DNA of 64,000 nucleotides from Octopus vulgaris (lineage: Eukaryota): contig OX597816.1 in the NCBI GenBank assembly GCA_951406725.2, positions 125,860,001 through 125,924,000 of the forward strand, in the 5' to 3' direction. The notes beneath the pieces were generated by a model. The model was given only the letters and a program-made list of their open reading frames with translations, had not been told where the DNA came from and did not search any database. Positions 28,011 to 44,223 of the stretch are shown one piece after another. The translations under genes and the position numbers were made by a program. Positions within the stretch are counted from its first letter, which is position 1. Each line of letters begins with the position of its first letter.

Positions 28011-28038
28011 ATATATACATATACATACATATATAGAC

Positions 28039-28069
<31 letters not shown>

Positions 28070-28331
28070 CATACATATAAATATACATATACACATATAT
28101 ATACATATACACATGCATATATATTTACATATATATACATACATATATATATACATATATATACATACATATATACATATATATACATACATATAAATAT
28201 ACATATATGCATATACATATAGACATATATATACATATACATATATGCATATATATTTACATATATATACATACATATATATATATATATGTATATACTA
28301 ATATATATATACATATATTATATACACACAC

Positions 28332-28386
<55 letters not shown>

Positions 28387-28408
28387 TATATATATACATA
28401 TATTATAT

Positions 28409-28473
<65 letters not shown>

Positions 28474-28492
28474 TATATATATAGATATATAC

Positions 28493-28705
28493 TCTTTTAC
28501 TCGTTTCAGTCATTTAACTGCAACCATGCTGGAGCACCGCCTTTAATCGAGCAACTCGACCCCGGGACTTATTCTTTTTTTTTGTAAGCCTAGTACTTAT
28601 TCTATCAGTCTCTTTTGCTGAACCGCTAAGTAACGGGGACATAAACACACCAGCATCGGTTGTCAAGCAATGCTAGGGGACAAACACAGACACACAAACA
28701 CACAC
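28493..28705 (-). mobile_element. 3' half of the CR1-tailed SINE
   Basis: Matches 24560-24765. Confidence 0.85.
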
Positions 28706-28769
28706 ATGCATATATATATACATACATATATATATATATATATATACATACATATATATATACATATAC

Positions 28770-28800
<31 letters not shown>

Positions 28801-29397
28801 CATATACATATATATATACATATATATATACATATACATATATACATATACATATATATATACATATATATACATATACATATATATACATATACATATA
28901 TATATATACATATACATATATACATATACATATATATATACATATACATATATATATATACATATACATATATATATACATATATATATACATATACATA
29001 TATATATACATATACATATACATATATATATATACATATATATATATACATATATATATATACATATACATATATATATACATATATATATATACATACA
29101 TACATATACATATATACATATACATATACATATATACATATACATATACATATATATATATACATATACATATATATATACATATACATATATATATACA
29201 TATACATATATACATATACATATACATATATACATATATATATATACATATACATATATATATACATATACATATATACATATATATATATACATATACA
29301 TATATATATATACATATACATATACATATATAAATACATATACATATATAAATACATATACATATATAAATACATATACATATACATATATAAATAC

Positions 29398-29432
<35 letters not shown>

Positions 29433-29520
29433 CATATATATATACATATACATATATATATACATATATATATACATATACATATACATATATATATACA
29501 TATACATATACATATATATA

Positions 29521-32267
29521 TACATCCGTGGGGACCTCACACCCCAGGTCCTTTTGTCATACTCAAACTCGGTGTGTGACACACTAATTGTACACATAAG
29601 GCAACTTGATGTAGTTGTGTGTGCTACATATCGCCCTCCAGATGCCCCAAGTCATATGGGCAAGTTTGAGGACTGCCTTTTAAAAATAGAAGAAGTTCTA
29701 ACCACATTAGAACAACACATAAGTGTACTTCTCATGGGAGACTTCAATCTACCGAATGTCAGATGGCCCGAGGGCCTTTCTCTCCCAGGAATGACAAGAT
29801 GTGAACGAGGACAGGCGAGGTCCCTCCTGAACCTCACCAACACCCTGTACATGGAGCAAGTAATACTCCAACCAACCAGAGCGGGTAACACACTGGATCT
29901 CTGCTTCACAAATAATATGGATCTCATCCATAATGTGAAAGTGACACCGACACTACTCTCGGATCACAACATGGTAGAGCTGACCATGTACGGGCCAAAA
30001 GAGAGCACGGACATGCAGCCTACAAGAAACCCTCAGAATCTTTCCAGCTTGAACTTCAATAAGGCAAACTGGAAACAAATTGAGAAAGAGATCCTCAAAC
30101 AAAACTGGCCTGAATGTCTCTCCTCGCCGGACATCGACAGGATACTTCAACAATTCATGTCTGTAATGCAAGCCATATGCTACAAATGTGTCCCAGAGAG
30201 AAAGGCCACTGTACACAAGAACAAAATCCCCAGAGAGAGAAAAATTTTAATGAGACGGCGCACAAAAATCTCAAATCGCCTAAACAAACAAATTGAAAGC
30301 AGTGAAAAGTCCCGCCTGAAAATAAAACTGTTGGAAATTGAAAATTGTCTGCAACTCTCCCATGAGAAGGAAAGAGCAGACAAAGAAGCCTGCGCTATAG
30401 ACAACATAAAAACTAACCCCAGACCTTTCTACAGGTATGCCAAAGAAACAGCTACGGTGCACTGTAGGATAGGGCCACTCCTTGAAAAGGATGGCACACT
30501 CACAGGAAAACCAATGAGGGTAAGTGAAATACTGAATGAACAATTCAAGAGTGTTTTCACTCCACCCCTTGGGCATTTCCAAATCAGCAATCCAACTGAC
30601 TTTTTACCACTGCAGATATAGAATCAGAGGCGGCGACGTTAAATTACATCGATATAAAAGAAGACGATGTAATAAAGGCTATAGATGAAATGAAAATAGA
30701 CTCAGCTATTGGCCCCGATGGATTCCCGGCAATCCTCCTAAAAGTATGTAAGAGAGTCTTAGCAAGACCACTGCAGTTCCTCTTTCAGAGCTTCCTTGCA
30801 GCTGGGAAACTTCCAAGAAAACTGAAGGAAGGTAAAATATGCCCTATTCATAAAGGAGGTAGCAGAGCGGAGGCCAAGAACTACAGAGCTATCTCTCTGA
30901 CCTCACACATCAGCAAGGTCATGGAACGAATAGTCAGAAGGAAACTAATCACCTTCCTTGAAGAAAATGACTTGCTGCCTGACACCCAACATGGTTTCCG
31001 ACCAGGAAGAAGCTGCTTAACTCAGCTCCTGCAGCACTATGACTGGGTGCTGAAACAACTGCTCAACCACTCAAATGTGGAAGTCATATTTCTCGACTTC
31101 GCAAAGGCCTTCGATAAAGTCGATCATGGAATGATATGTCACAAACTGCGTGATCTTGGCATAGTTGGAAAACTAGGAGAATGGCTTCATGACTTTCTGA
31201 AGAATAGAAGTCAGGTGGTAGTAGCCAATGGGGCCACTTCCATTAGCACGCAAATAGTGAGCGGTGTTCCACAGGGCACTGTTTTGGGACCACTACTGTT
31301 CATAATGGCCCTCTCAGACATGCCCTCAGCCACGCGGAGAGCCACGATCACAAGTTATGCAGATGATACAAAAGTTTCACAGGCAATACAGAACCCTGAA
31401 GACACTAGGCACCTGCAATATGAGCTGGACGAAATATACAAGTGGGCTGAAAAGAATAGCATGCAGTTCAATGCTGAAAAGTTTCAAGCTTTATACTATC
31501 AGCATGCAAAACTGAATGCAATACCCAAGGAATACACTGGACCCGGAGGGATTGCAATCCCAGAGGCACAATCAGTGCGTGACCTGGGTATTCACATGAG
31601 TGATGACGCGACCTTTCATGTACATGTTGCTAAACTGACAGTGAAATGCAGACGGCTGGCTGGATGGATTCTTAGAACCTTTAGAACAAGAGAACAAGAA
31701 ACCATGATGGTCCTCTGGAAGACACTTGTCCTAAGTCACTTTGACTATTGCTCTCAGCTATGGTCACCATCCAGTGTCAAGTTGATCACAGAACTTGAGG
31801 CGATCCAACAAAGCTACACGAAGAAGATAGCCTCTATGCAGAATGTAAGCTACTGGGAAAGACTCAAGAGATTAAAATTATATTCCCTGGAGCGTAGGTG
31901 GGAAAGATATGCCATAATATACATCTGGAAGATCCTGGAGGGAAGTGTCCTGAACTTTGGCATCGAGAGTTACGCAAACGCCAGAACTGGGCGCCACTGC
32001 GTGGTGCCTAGGACTCCAAACTTGCCATCAAGATGTAGGACAAGATTCTGTGATAGCCTGGGCTTCCGAGGCCCACAGCTCTTCAATATCCTCCCGATGA
32101 ACCTGAGAGACCTGCATGGGGTGGATACAGATGTCTTTAAAATGGAGCTGGATCTCTTCCTGTCAGGTGTCCCAGATGAACCAACTTCACGGCAGGAGGG
32201 GCAGATGAGGGCAGCTGCATCGAACTCTCTCATGCACCAAATAGCAGTTGCTAGAAAGCCTCCATGA
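29521..32267 (+). pseudogene. CR1 ORF2 (endonuclease-reverse transcriptase), one frameshift at the T5 run 30601-30605
   Basis: Adding one T (GAC TTT TTT ACC) joins the frame of 29521-30605 to [39 protein letters not shown] and ORF 30690-32267. Confidence 0.9.
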
Positions 32268-32350
32268 AGTGAAACCAAGTAGCAACACCAAATGGCGGTG
32301 CCCCAGCATGGCCACAGCTCATAAGCTGAAACTGGAATCAATCAATCAAT
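29521..32350 (+). mobile_element. CR1-type LINE, 5'-truncated inside the endonuclease, (ATCA)n tail
   Basis: APE motifs YRPP, GDFN, PTR..LDL, SDH; RT motifs GPDG, NYRAISL, QHGF, LDFAKAFDKV, GVPQG, YADD; 3' stem-loop tail at 32292-32350. Confidence 0.95.
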
Positions 32351-32726
32351 CATACATATACATATATATATACATATACATATATATATACATATATATA
32401 TATACATATACATATATATATATACATATATACATATACATATATATATACATATATACATATACATATATATATACATATACATATATATATATACATA
32501 TACATATATACATATATATATATACATATATATATACATATATATATACATATATATATATATACATATATACATACATATATACATATACATACATATA
32601 TATATACCTATATATATATATACATATACATATATATACATATATATATACATATACATACATATATATATATATACATATACATATATATACCTATATA
32701 TATATATACACATATACATATATATA

Positions 32727-32775
<49 letters not shown>

Positions 32776-34143
32776 TATATATACATATATATATATACCT
32801 ATATATATATATACATATATATATATACCTATATATATATATACATATATATATACATATATATATATACATATATATATACATATATATATATATACAT
32901 ATACATACATATATATATACCTATATATATATATACATATACATACATATATATATACCTATATATATATATATACATATACATACATATATATATATAT
33001 ACATATACATATATATATATATACCTATATATACATATACATACATATATATATATATATATACATATACATACATATATATATATATACATATACATAC
33101 ATATATATATATATACATATACATACATATATATATACCTATATATATATATACCTATATATATATATACCTATATATATATATACATATATATATATAC
33201 ATATACATACATATATATATATACATACACAGTCAAAAATTGTGAAGCATGACTGTCAACACTACTACATGAACCCGAAGATTGCAGAATTCAATGCATG
33301 AAAGTGCTAGTTCAATCAGAATCAATATTTAACATTCTACTATTTCACTTTATTTTATTCAATTATAATATATTATCTTATAATATATCATTATAAGATT
33401 GTAAATAAAACGTGAAAATCAGACAAGGTTGGAATTCTTTTTATTAATATATTCTTCTATACACAATCACACACACCCATATATATATATATCTATATAT
33501 ACATATATATACATATACATATATATATATACATATATATACATATACATACATATATATATATACATATATATACATATACATACATATATATATATAT
33601 ACATATACATACATATACATACATATATATATATATACATATATATACATATACATACATATATATATATACATATATATACATATACATACATATATAT
33701 ATATACATATATATACATATACATACATATATATATATATACATATATATACATATACATACATATATATATACATATACATACATATACATATATATAT
33801 ATATATACATATACATACATATACATACATACATATATATATACATACATATACATACATATATACATATACATATACATATATATATATACATATATAT
33901 ATGTATGTATATGTATATATATATATATATATATGTATGTATATGTATATATATGTATATATGTATATATATGTATATGTATATATATGTATATATATAT
34001 GTATGTATATGTATATATATATATAGGTATATATATATGTATGTATATGTATATATATATATGTATGTATATGTATATATATATATATGTATGTATATGT
34101 ATATATATATATGTATATATATGTATATGTATATATATATATG

Positions 34144-34175
<32 letters not shown>

Positions 34176-34263
34176 TAGGTATATATATATCTATGTATAT
34201 GTATATAGGTATATATATATCTATGTATATGTATATATATATATAGGTATATATATATGTATG

Positions 34264-34304
<41 letters not shown>

Positions 34305-34427
34305 ATGTATATATATATATGTATATATATATGTATATATATATGTATATATATATATAGGTATATATATATGTATATATATATATGTATATATATATGT
34401 ATATATATATATAGGTATATATATATG

Positions 34428-36471
<2,044 letters not shown>

Positions 36472-36589
36472 ATATATACATATATATATAAACATATATA
36501 CATTATATATTTACAGATATATAAGCATACAAATATACATACATACACATATATATACATACATATAGATATACACATATATTCTCTAA

Positions 36590-38172
36590 TTTCACTGGTC
36601 CCACTCCCGAACTATATGGCCGTTACATTGACGACATTATCGGTGCCACCTCACTCTCCCGTGAACATCTAGATTCCTTCCTCTCTTTCGTCCAATCTTT
36701 CCATCCAGCTCTCCACTTCCACTATCTCCAACACCTCTGTCTCCTTCCTCGACATTTCGGTTAGCATTCTTCACTCCACTCTTACCACCTCCATTCACTA
36801 CAAACACACAGACTCACACTCATACCTCAACTTCTCTTCCTCCCACCCAGAACACACCAAGCTTTCCATCCCCTATTCCTCCGTCTACGTAGGCTCTGTT
36901 GTGACGACCATGACTTTGAGACTCAGTCTCAACGTATGGCTCACCACTTCACCCTACGTGGATACCCCCTCACCACTATCCACACCGCCCTTGCCAGAGC
37001 ACGGTCCGTGGACCGTGTATCTGCTCTCTCTCCCCGAACCCCCCCTTTCCCCCTCCCGCCTCCCTTTTCCCCTCACTTACCACCCCACGACCCTACCTCT
37101 CCAACGCACCATTCTTCGAGCTTTCCGTCATCTCCAGTCCGACCCGTCCACTTCACACCTCTTCCCTAACCGACCCCTCCCCCTCTTTCAAACGCGCCCA
37201 CAACCTTCGAGACCTTTTGGTCCATAGCTCCTTCCCTGACCCTACCTCCCAACCCGGCTCGTTCCCCTGAGGCCATCCGGATTCCCGTTTGCGCCGTGAA
37301 CAGGAATTAATCTTCTCTCTTCGCTCTTATACGCCATTTGGTCTCAACTCTCCCCCCTCCTCACCTACCTTTCCCCCCCGACCCCTACTTCTTCAGTCCT
37401 TCATCCTTTCACCCCTACTTTCCTTCCCTTCTTCCCTCTTTCTCCCTTCTTCCTTCCCTCACTCCCCCTCTCTCCTCCTTCCCTTCCTTCTCCCCTCCTC
37501 TCTCCACACTACACCACACGACTTTACACATCACATCATATATGATGTGCCATACTAATACATACACCAACTAATACATACTAATACGTACTAATACATA
37601 CTAATACATACACCAACCCTATACATACACACGTCCAGACCTCTCATACGCACTTATACTCTCTCATACACACACACACACACTTATACATACTAATACG
37701 TACTAATACATACACCAACCCTATACATACACACGTCCAGACCTCTCATACGCACTAATACTCTCTCACACACACACACCACACACACACCCTTATACAT
37801 ACTAATACATACACCAACCCTATACATACACACGTCCAGACCTCTCATACACACACCCTCATGTTGGAGCTGGTCATTCAACCCTATTATCAACCCTATT
37901 ATCTCCCCTTATTTCGCTCTCGCGTCTCATGTTTGATCTTTGACCTCTGGCCGAAATCAGATCGCCATGTTGATTCGTTAGTTACTGCACGCATTTTTTT
38001 TCTCTCCTTCTTTCTGTGTTTTTTTCTCTCTGTGTATCTTTCTGTTGAAGAGCGTAGGCTCGAAACGTTAAAGACTTGTTTTATTTATATTTCCTGAGCG
38101 CCATACTAATACAATTGTTTGTTTGTTTCCCACCTGCCTTCGTCTTTTGTCTATTTTCATAAAGCTTCCCGT
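36590..38172 (+). mobile_element. Penelope-like retroelement (Neptune-like), 5'-truncated, GIY-YIG core deleted
   Basis: GRYIDDII, FHPALHF, SVSFLDI, HYKHTDSHSYLNFSSSHP, RLRRLC, RGYP, FKRAHNLRDLLV, then directly RREQELIFSL..PFGLN. Pyrimidine-rich 3' region; terminus TGAAGAGCGTAGGCTCGAAACGT. Confidence 0.9.
37590..37862 (+). repeat. Three ~100-bp tandem units in the PLE 3' region
   Basis: TACTAATACATACACCAACCCTATACATACACACGTCCAGACCTCTCATAC occurs three times. Confidence 0.9.
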
Positions 38173-38411
38173 TATATACATACATATATATATGCACATA
38201 TATATACATATATATATACACATATATATACATATATATATACACATATATATACATATATATACATACATATATATACATATATATACATACATATATA
38301 TATACATACATATATACAAATATATACACCCATATATATATATACACAAATATACATACACATATAAACACATATATATATACACAAATATACATACACA
38401 CACACATATAT

Positions 38412-38713
38412 ATCACGTGAACGACCAGGCCATCAGATGTTTCTACACATCACTGCTCACAATGCGCTTCACATTGTTTTAGCCTTCAAATGACGCCATC
38501 CCGCTGGCTAAGCGAGCAGGCCAACAGAAGAAAGAGTGAGAGAAAGTTGCGGTGAAAGATTACAGCAGGGATCGCCACCATTCCCTGCCGGAGCCTCATG
38601 GAGATATAGGTGTTTTCACTCAATAAACACTCACAACACCTGGTCTGGGAATCAAAACCGCAATCCTACGACCGAGAGTCTGCTGCGCTAACCACTGGGC
38701 CATTGCGCTCCAC
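38412..38713 (-). mobile_element. tRNA-derived SINE (head shared with 24992-25360)
   Basis: 5' GTGGAGCGCAATGGCCCAGTGGTTAG, GGTTTTGATTCCC B-box, tail CATCTGATGGCCTGGTCGTTCACGTGA. Confidence 0.8.
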
Positions 38714-38770
38714 ATTATATATTTATATATATATATGCATGTGTTTGTATATATATATATATATATATAT

Positions 38771-39188
38771 TTCTTTATTACTCACAAGGGGCTAATCATC
38801 ATCATCATTGTTCGACCGTGGTTGAGACTTTCATAGTCTTTTCAAATGGCTAATAATGTGTGCGCGCGCCACTACTACACACATTGGAAAGCATTGTACA
38901 ACCAAGTACTAAAGAAGATCTTTCCTCCTCCATGAAACAAAGCTGTTCCCGCTGGACGTCAACCCAGTATTTCTAAGCTACGGACAAGGGGCTAAACACA
39001 GAGGGGACAAACGGATTAAGTCGATTACATCGACCCCAGTGCGTAACTGGTACTTAATTTATCGACCCCGAAAGGATGAAAGGCAAAGTCGACCTCGACG
39101 GAATTTGAACTCAGAACGTAACGAAAAAACAGACAAAATACGGCTACGTATATTTCGCTCGGCATGCTAACGTTTCTGCCAGCTCGCC
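38771..39188 (-). mobile_element. Nin-domain-like tRNA SINE interrupted by a nested insertion
   Basis: GGCGAGCTGGCAGAAACGTTAGC head, GAGTTCAAATTCC, GCCTTTCATCCTTTCGGGGTCGATAAATTAAGTACCAG core. Confidence 0.85.
38796..38983 (-). mobile_element. 188-bp retro-insertion with (GAT)n tail and 12-bp target-site duplication
   Basis: ACAAGGGGCTAA at 38784-38795 and 38984-38995 flanks a sequence beginning TCATCATCATCATT. Confidence 0.9.
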
Positions 39189-39709
39189 GTGTGTTTGTAT
39201 ATATATATATATTCACAATACCACTTCCTAAAACCAGAGATAATTTATGATAAAGATACACACCAGCTAGCAGAGTGAATATTCCAGAAATATATGTTAA
39301 ATTCTAATTTTAACAGAAGATCACAAAGCATGTTTGTCATGCAAAGCATGAACTCAATTGATATAGAAATACATAGTACTTATCTCTGTATTCAAAGCAA
39401 GGGTAAGCCTATTTCTGAAAAGTTCATTGCATTGCTCGTTTGTATCATTATCATATGTTTTATGGTGGTTGTCAGAGCATTGGCTCTGGTTTTAGCAAGT
39501 GGTATTATACACCCTATCTAAACTTTAATTATTTTATATTGTGCCTGTAAAGGTGTGAACTTGCTAGTCACCTTATTGCTATTGTAAATAACGATAGATG
39601 TGAATATATATATATATATATATACACACATCTAAATATATATACATCTACATCTGAACGTGCATATATATATACATATCTGAATATATATACACACATC
39701 TAAATATAC

Positions 39710-39742
<33 letters not shown>

Positions 39743-40327
39743 CCTTGATTACAAAGATTTCCCTCAGTGCCCTTAATGTTTATCTAGAACTTATTGTAGC
39801 ATCCTATGTTTCATAGTGTAGGCCCCTTTAACTGAAAATATTGAACAGAGTTTATGTCACCCCTACCTGTTTTATAGACATTTATCACTCTGTAATTGAC
39901 TCCTTCTAAAGCTTGTTTCTTTATGTTATAGGGAAACTTATAGCCACAGGAAATTAAGATTTGAAGGAACATCAAATAATTTCCATTTATGACCAGCAGC
40001 TGGTTCTGAACTGTCAACTCATAATGCTCATATTCGCAATAAACATAGTCTACTAGCATTCAGTCTTTTGATGGTGATAAGGGGACAGATAAAAATTAGA
40101 AATGAATTACAATTCCATGACCCCTACTGTCAGCCATTTGTGCCACTCCTAAATTGTAGACAGTTTTCTCTTAGATTATTCCTGCTGCAATAGTGGCAAC
40201 ATGGAATTCTTTCATCCTCTAGCTCTGCTAAAATATTTGAGAAACTTTATATTAACATATCTTGTCCATTGAAAATCCATATTCTTTGCATCTAAAGATG
40301 GCACTGTATTTACATTGATGCATTCTT

Positions 40328-40850
40328 TGCATTTTCATTTCATTTTCATTTCATTTGAGTCCATGCTCAGGCCAAGTCGAAGACTCCACCCTCAGAGTCT
40401 GGTGTGGTTGCCAGGTTGTATTCTCTGTTTAATCTTGACATGTGTAGGAGCGAGTTTGAGTCAGTTTGTGCTTGTTGTGTATATCCTGGGAGATGGGGTT
40501 CATCTCTAATGGTGCTTAAGTATCTATCCAGCTGCACTTTGAATGATTCCACACTGCATCCTGATAGATTTCTGACATGTACCGGAATGGAGTTGAATAG
40601 TTGTGCTCCTCGAACCAACAGACTTGATTCTCGCAGGGTTTTTGCTGCCTGGCCAGCCTTTTTGTTGATTGGTGGTAGCTGGCAGCGTCTTCCGTGGCGC
40701 AGTGAGTGGTAGGTTTTGATACCAAAGTTTGGCACCTTTTGCTCTATCATTTTCCAAATGTATATAATTCGGTATCGCTCAAATCTTCTTTCTATTGAGT
40801 ACATCCTCAAGGTTTTGAGTCTTTGCCAATTATTTGATGCAATGGTCATA
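40328..40850 (-). mobile_element. 3' fragment of a second CR1-type LINE family
   Basis: ORF 40367-40849 WQRLKTLRMYSIERRFERYRIIYIWK..VPNFG..GAQLFNSIP; (GAAAT)n-type tail. Confidence 0.88.
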
Positions 40851-41064
40851 TTGCTTTAATACCTGACATCCTGTGACCTATTTAATTTTATTAACCTTCC
40901 TTCAAGCTCTGCAGACAATACCAGGCTGACAGGTTATCTCTACTTAAGTACCTAATTCAGTTATGGGGACGTAAACACACCAGCATCACATGCAAAGCGA
41001 TGTTCGGGGAGAGGGGGGGACAAACACAGACACAGAAACACACACACACATATATATATATATA

Positions 41065-42186
41065 CTAGCATTAAAGACCCGTCGTTGCCGGGTCATAGTG
41101 CTAGTGCATGCATATATGTGTATATATATGTGTACATCTATATATATACATCTACACATAAAATACAAAATACAAAGTTATATCCTGATATCGCTAGTGA
41201 TAACAATACTCAAAATATATAACAGACTGGAATTGTTAGCCCGTCTCTTGTAATTTCGATCAATTGTATCTTGTCCTCCCTCTTGTATAGAAGTGTGGCT
41301 ACAATCCAGCCTACCTCTACTTCGGGACATCCTACGTCCCAGATATAAAGATAAAAATAAAATATTTCCACTTTGCAAGTTCGAGTTGAATACTCCCTTG
41401 CACACTCCGTTGACTCGAACCTTGCTTCTATTGTGGTGAATTTACTGCCTCTGATTAGATACCTTTCATAGTCGCACCAAGACACTTTTCGAAGGTGCTT
41501 TCCTCCAGGTGTTCAAATCTTTTTTCTCTACATTGTATACTTTATAGACAATAGTCTTTTCTTTAATTTAATTTTTTATTATCCATCTGGACTATTCCAT
41601 TTCTGCATACTAATCTTATTTTTAATTTATTCCCATTCATGTGAAACCACTTATTCAAGTTCAAATCATTGATGCAATTTTATACAATTGCTATTTTTAT
41701 TTTACGATTATGTTACTTTAGTTTGATTTTAATTATTACTTACTACATATAATTCAATTGTTATTATTATTTTTATTGTTAAAGTGAAAGCATCTGACAT
41801 AAAATAGAGAAACGTTTTTGTTTCACTTTTAACACGTAATACTGAAATAGTGGAGAAGATATGATATTGCTACGGGCTCACTCTAGGCAAGAAGTTGAAC
41901 ATTTTTTTTTGCCCATGAAACTACATGGACCCTAAGTAAGGCATGTGTAAAATTTGAATGGAATTGGTTGTGTAGTTCTCAAGTTTTAGGGAATCGTAGT
42001 GGAGAAGATATGATATTGCTGTGGGCTCGCCCTAGGCAAAAATGTTCAAAATTTTTGCCGATGACACTCCCCTGACCCTAAGTGGGGCATGTGTAAAATT
42101 TGAATGAAATTGGTTGTGTAGTTCTCAAGTTTTAGGGAAACAGACAGACAGACAGACACACATTCTCAGTTTTATATATATAAAGA
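41065..42186 (-). mobile_element. Non-autonomous Helitron
   Basis: 5' A|TC, (CTGT)n tract, 3' hairpin GACCCG-N7-CGGGTC (41076-41094) then CTAG|T; internal ~150-bp tandem duplication at 41848-42140. Confidence 0.85.
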
Positions 42187-42618
42187 TTTATTTGTACACA
42201 TCAGAATATATATATATATGAATACAGACATGTATATAAATATTTTCACATACACACACATATATATACACATATATTTTGTATCTTTTCATTTGTCTTT
42301 CTCGCTTTACGTTCTGGCATTTGCCGATATTTCTCGGGAACAATTTTTCTTTATGGTTAGATCATATGGGGTCTACCTTTAGTGGAGTAGGAATCCACCT
42401 AGTGGTCATTCATCTTATACGTATGTAATATAATTTCCTGAATCTTCAGGTTTTTTTCAATGTGCTAGGCCACTAGTTTCAATTGATATTGATTTAATTA
42501 ATATCAATTTTTACCCATATTACTTAAATTTTACATATATATATATATACACACACATATATGTATACACATATATACATACATAGATACATATATATAT
42601 ATTCATATATATATATAT

Positions 42619-43517
42619 ATGTGTAAGCTCGCAAGAAATGAAGCCAGTATGCTCCGTTGGATGTGTAATGTCAGTGTTCATAACCGACAGAGTGTAAGTG
42701 CCTTGAGAGAAAAGTTGGACCTAAGAAGCATCAGATGTGGTGTGCAAGAGAGGCATCTACGCTGGTATGGACACGTAGTAAGAATGGATGAAGATAGTTG
42801 TGTGAAAAAGTGCCACACCCTAGTGGTTGAGGGAACCTGTGGAAGAGGTAGACCCAGGAAAGCCTGGGACGAGGTGGTGAAGAACGACCTTCGCACTTTA
42901 GGTCTTACTGAGGAAATGACCAGAGACCGAGACCTTTGGAAGTATGCTGTGCACGAGAAGACCCGGCAGGACACGTGAGGCCATAACCCATGGCCCCTAC
43001 CTGGGACGTAGTCAGTCCACCTGTGCATACCTTCCTTCTTGGGACACTTGTGAAGACCTGTTGAGGCAAGTGAAAATCAAAATCAAACCAAATCAAAATC
43101 AATGAACATCAATGAAATTTGTATCTTTGTGGTACCAGTGCCGGTGGCACATAAGACCATCCGAACGTGGCCGTAGCCAGTACCACATCGACTGGCCTCC
43201 GTGCTGTGGGCACGTAACAAACACCATCCGATTGTGGCCGTTCGCCAGCCTCGTCTGGCACCTGTGTCGGTGGCACATAAAAAAAAACACCATCCAAGCG
43301 TGGCCGTTCGCCAGCCTCGTCTGGCACCTGTGTCGGTGGCACATAAAATCACCCACTACACACTCGGAGTGGTTGGCGTTAGGAAGGTCATCCAGCTGTA
43401 GAAACACTGCCAGATCTGACTGGCCTGGTGCAGCCTTCGGGCTTCCCAGACCCCAGTTGAACCGTCCAACCCATGCTAGCATGGAAAGCGGACGTTAAAC
43501 GATGATGATGATGATGA
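42619..43517 (+). mobile_element. 5'-truncated RTE LINE
   Basis: ORF 42619-42978 LRWMC..LRWYGHV..GRGRPRKAW; 3' UTR with ~66-bp tandem unit; (GAT)n tail. Confidence 0.92.
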
Positions 43518-43639
43518 TATATATATACATATATAAATATATACATTTATATATACATACATATTTATATATATTCATATACAAATATATACACACACAC
43601 ATATTTATACATATACACGCATATATATACACATATATA

Positions 43640-44184
43640 TAAACCTCCAACATAAGCACACTCCACCCCCACCTTCCCTATCCTTTCCCACCCCAGCCCT
43701 TACACCACTCTCACATACCCCACCTCTACACCCACCCTCCACCTACCCACCTATGCCCCCCACCCTTCCTTTCTCCTCTCTCACCTCCAACAACTCCTAA
43801 CACCATCACACCACACCACAAACCATACACCACCATACCACACAACACATCACACCACCACTGACCACTTCCCAGACCCACATTTTCACACCTACACATA
43901 CACACACGTCAAGATCACCAGCCCTCTTCTACACGCACACCTTCGTTTTGGGACCACCACTACCTTATTATCTCCCCTTCTCCCAAGCTCTCCTGTATGA
44001 GTCTTCTGTTTGCCATGACAGATCGCTAGCCACTACACATTCTTTAGTTTCTCTCCTTGTTTCTTTCTGTGGAAGAGCGTAGGTTCAAAACGTTAAAGAC
44101 TTATTCACTTCCCGAGCGTTATACAAATACATCTGTTTTGTTGTCTACAACACCGGTCTTCGTCTTTGTCTTTTTGTGAATTCT

Positions 44185-44190
<6 letters not shown>
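43640..44190 (+). mobile_element. 3' non-coding fragment of a Neptune-like PLE
   Basis: C-rich tract and terminus GAAGAGCGTAGGTTCAAAACGTTAAAGAC..CTTCGTCTTT homologous to 38040-38172. Confidence 0.75.

Positions 44191-44223
<33 letters not shown>

Noticed and set aside
39811-40059. 82-aa ORF as a host gene
   Set aside because: Looks more like a very old CR1 C-terminal remnant (RGDI motif); too weak to call either way
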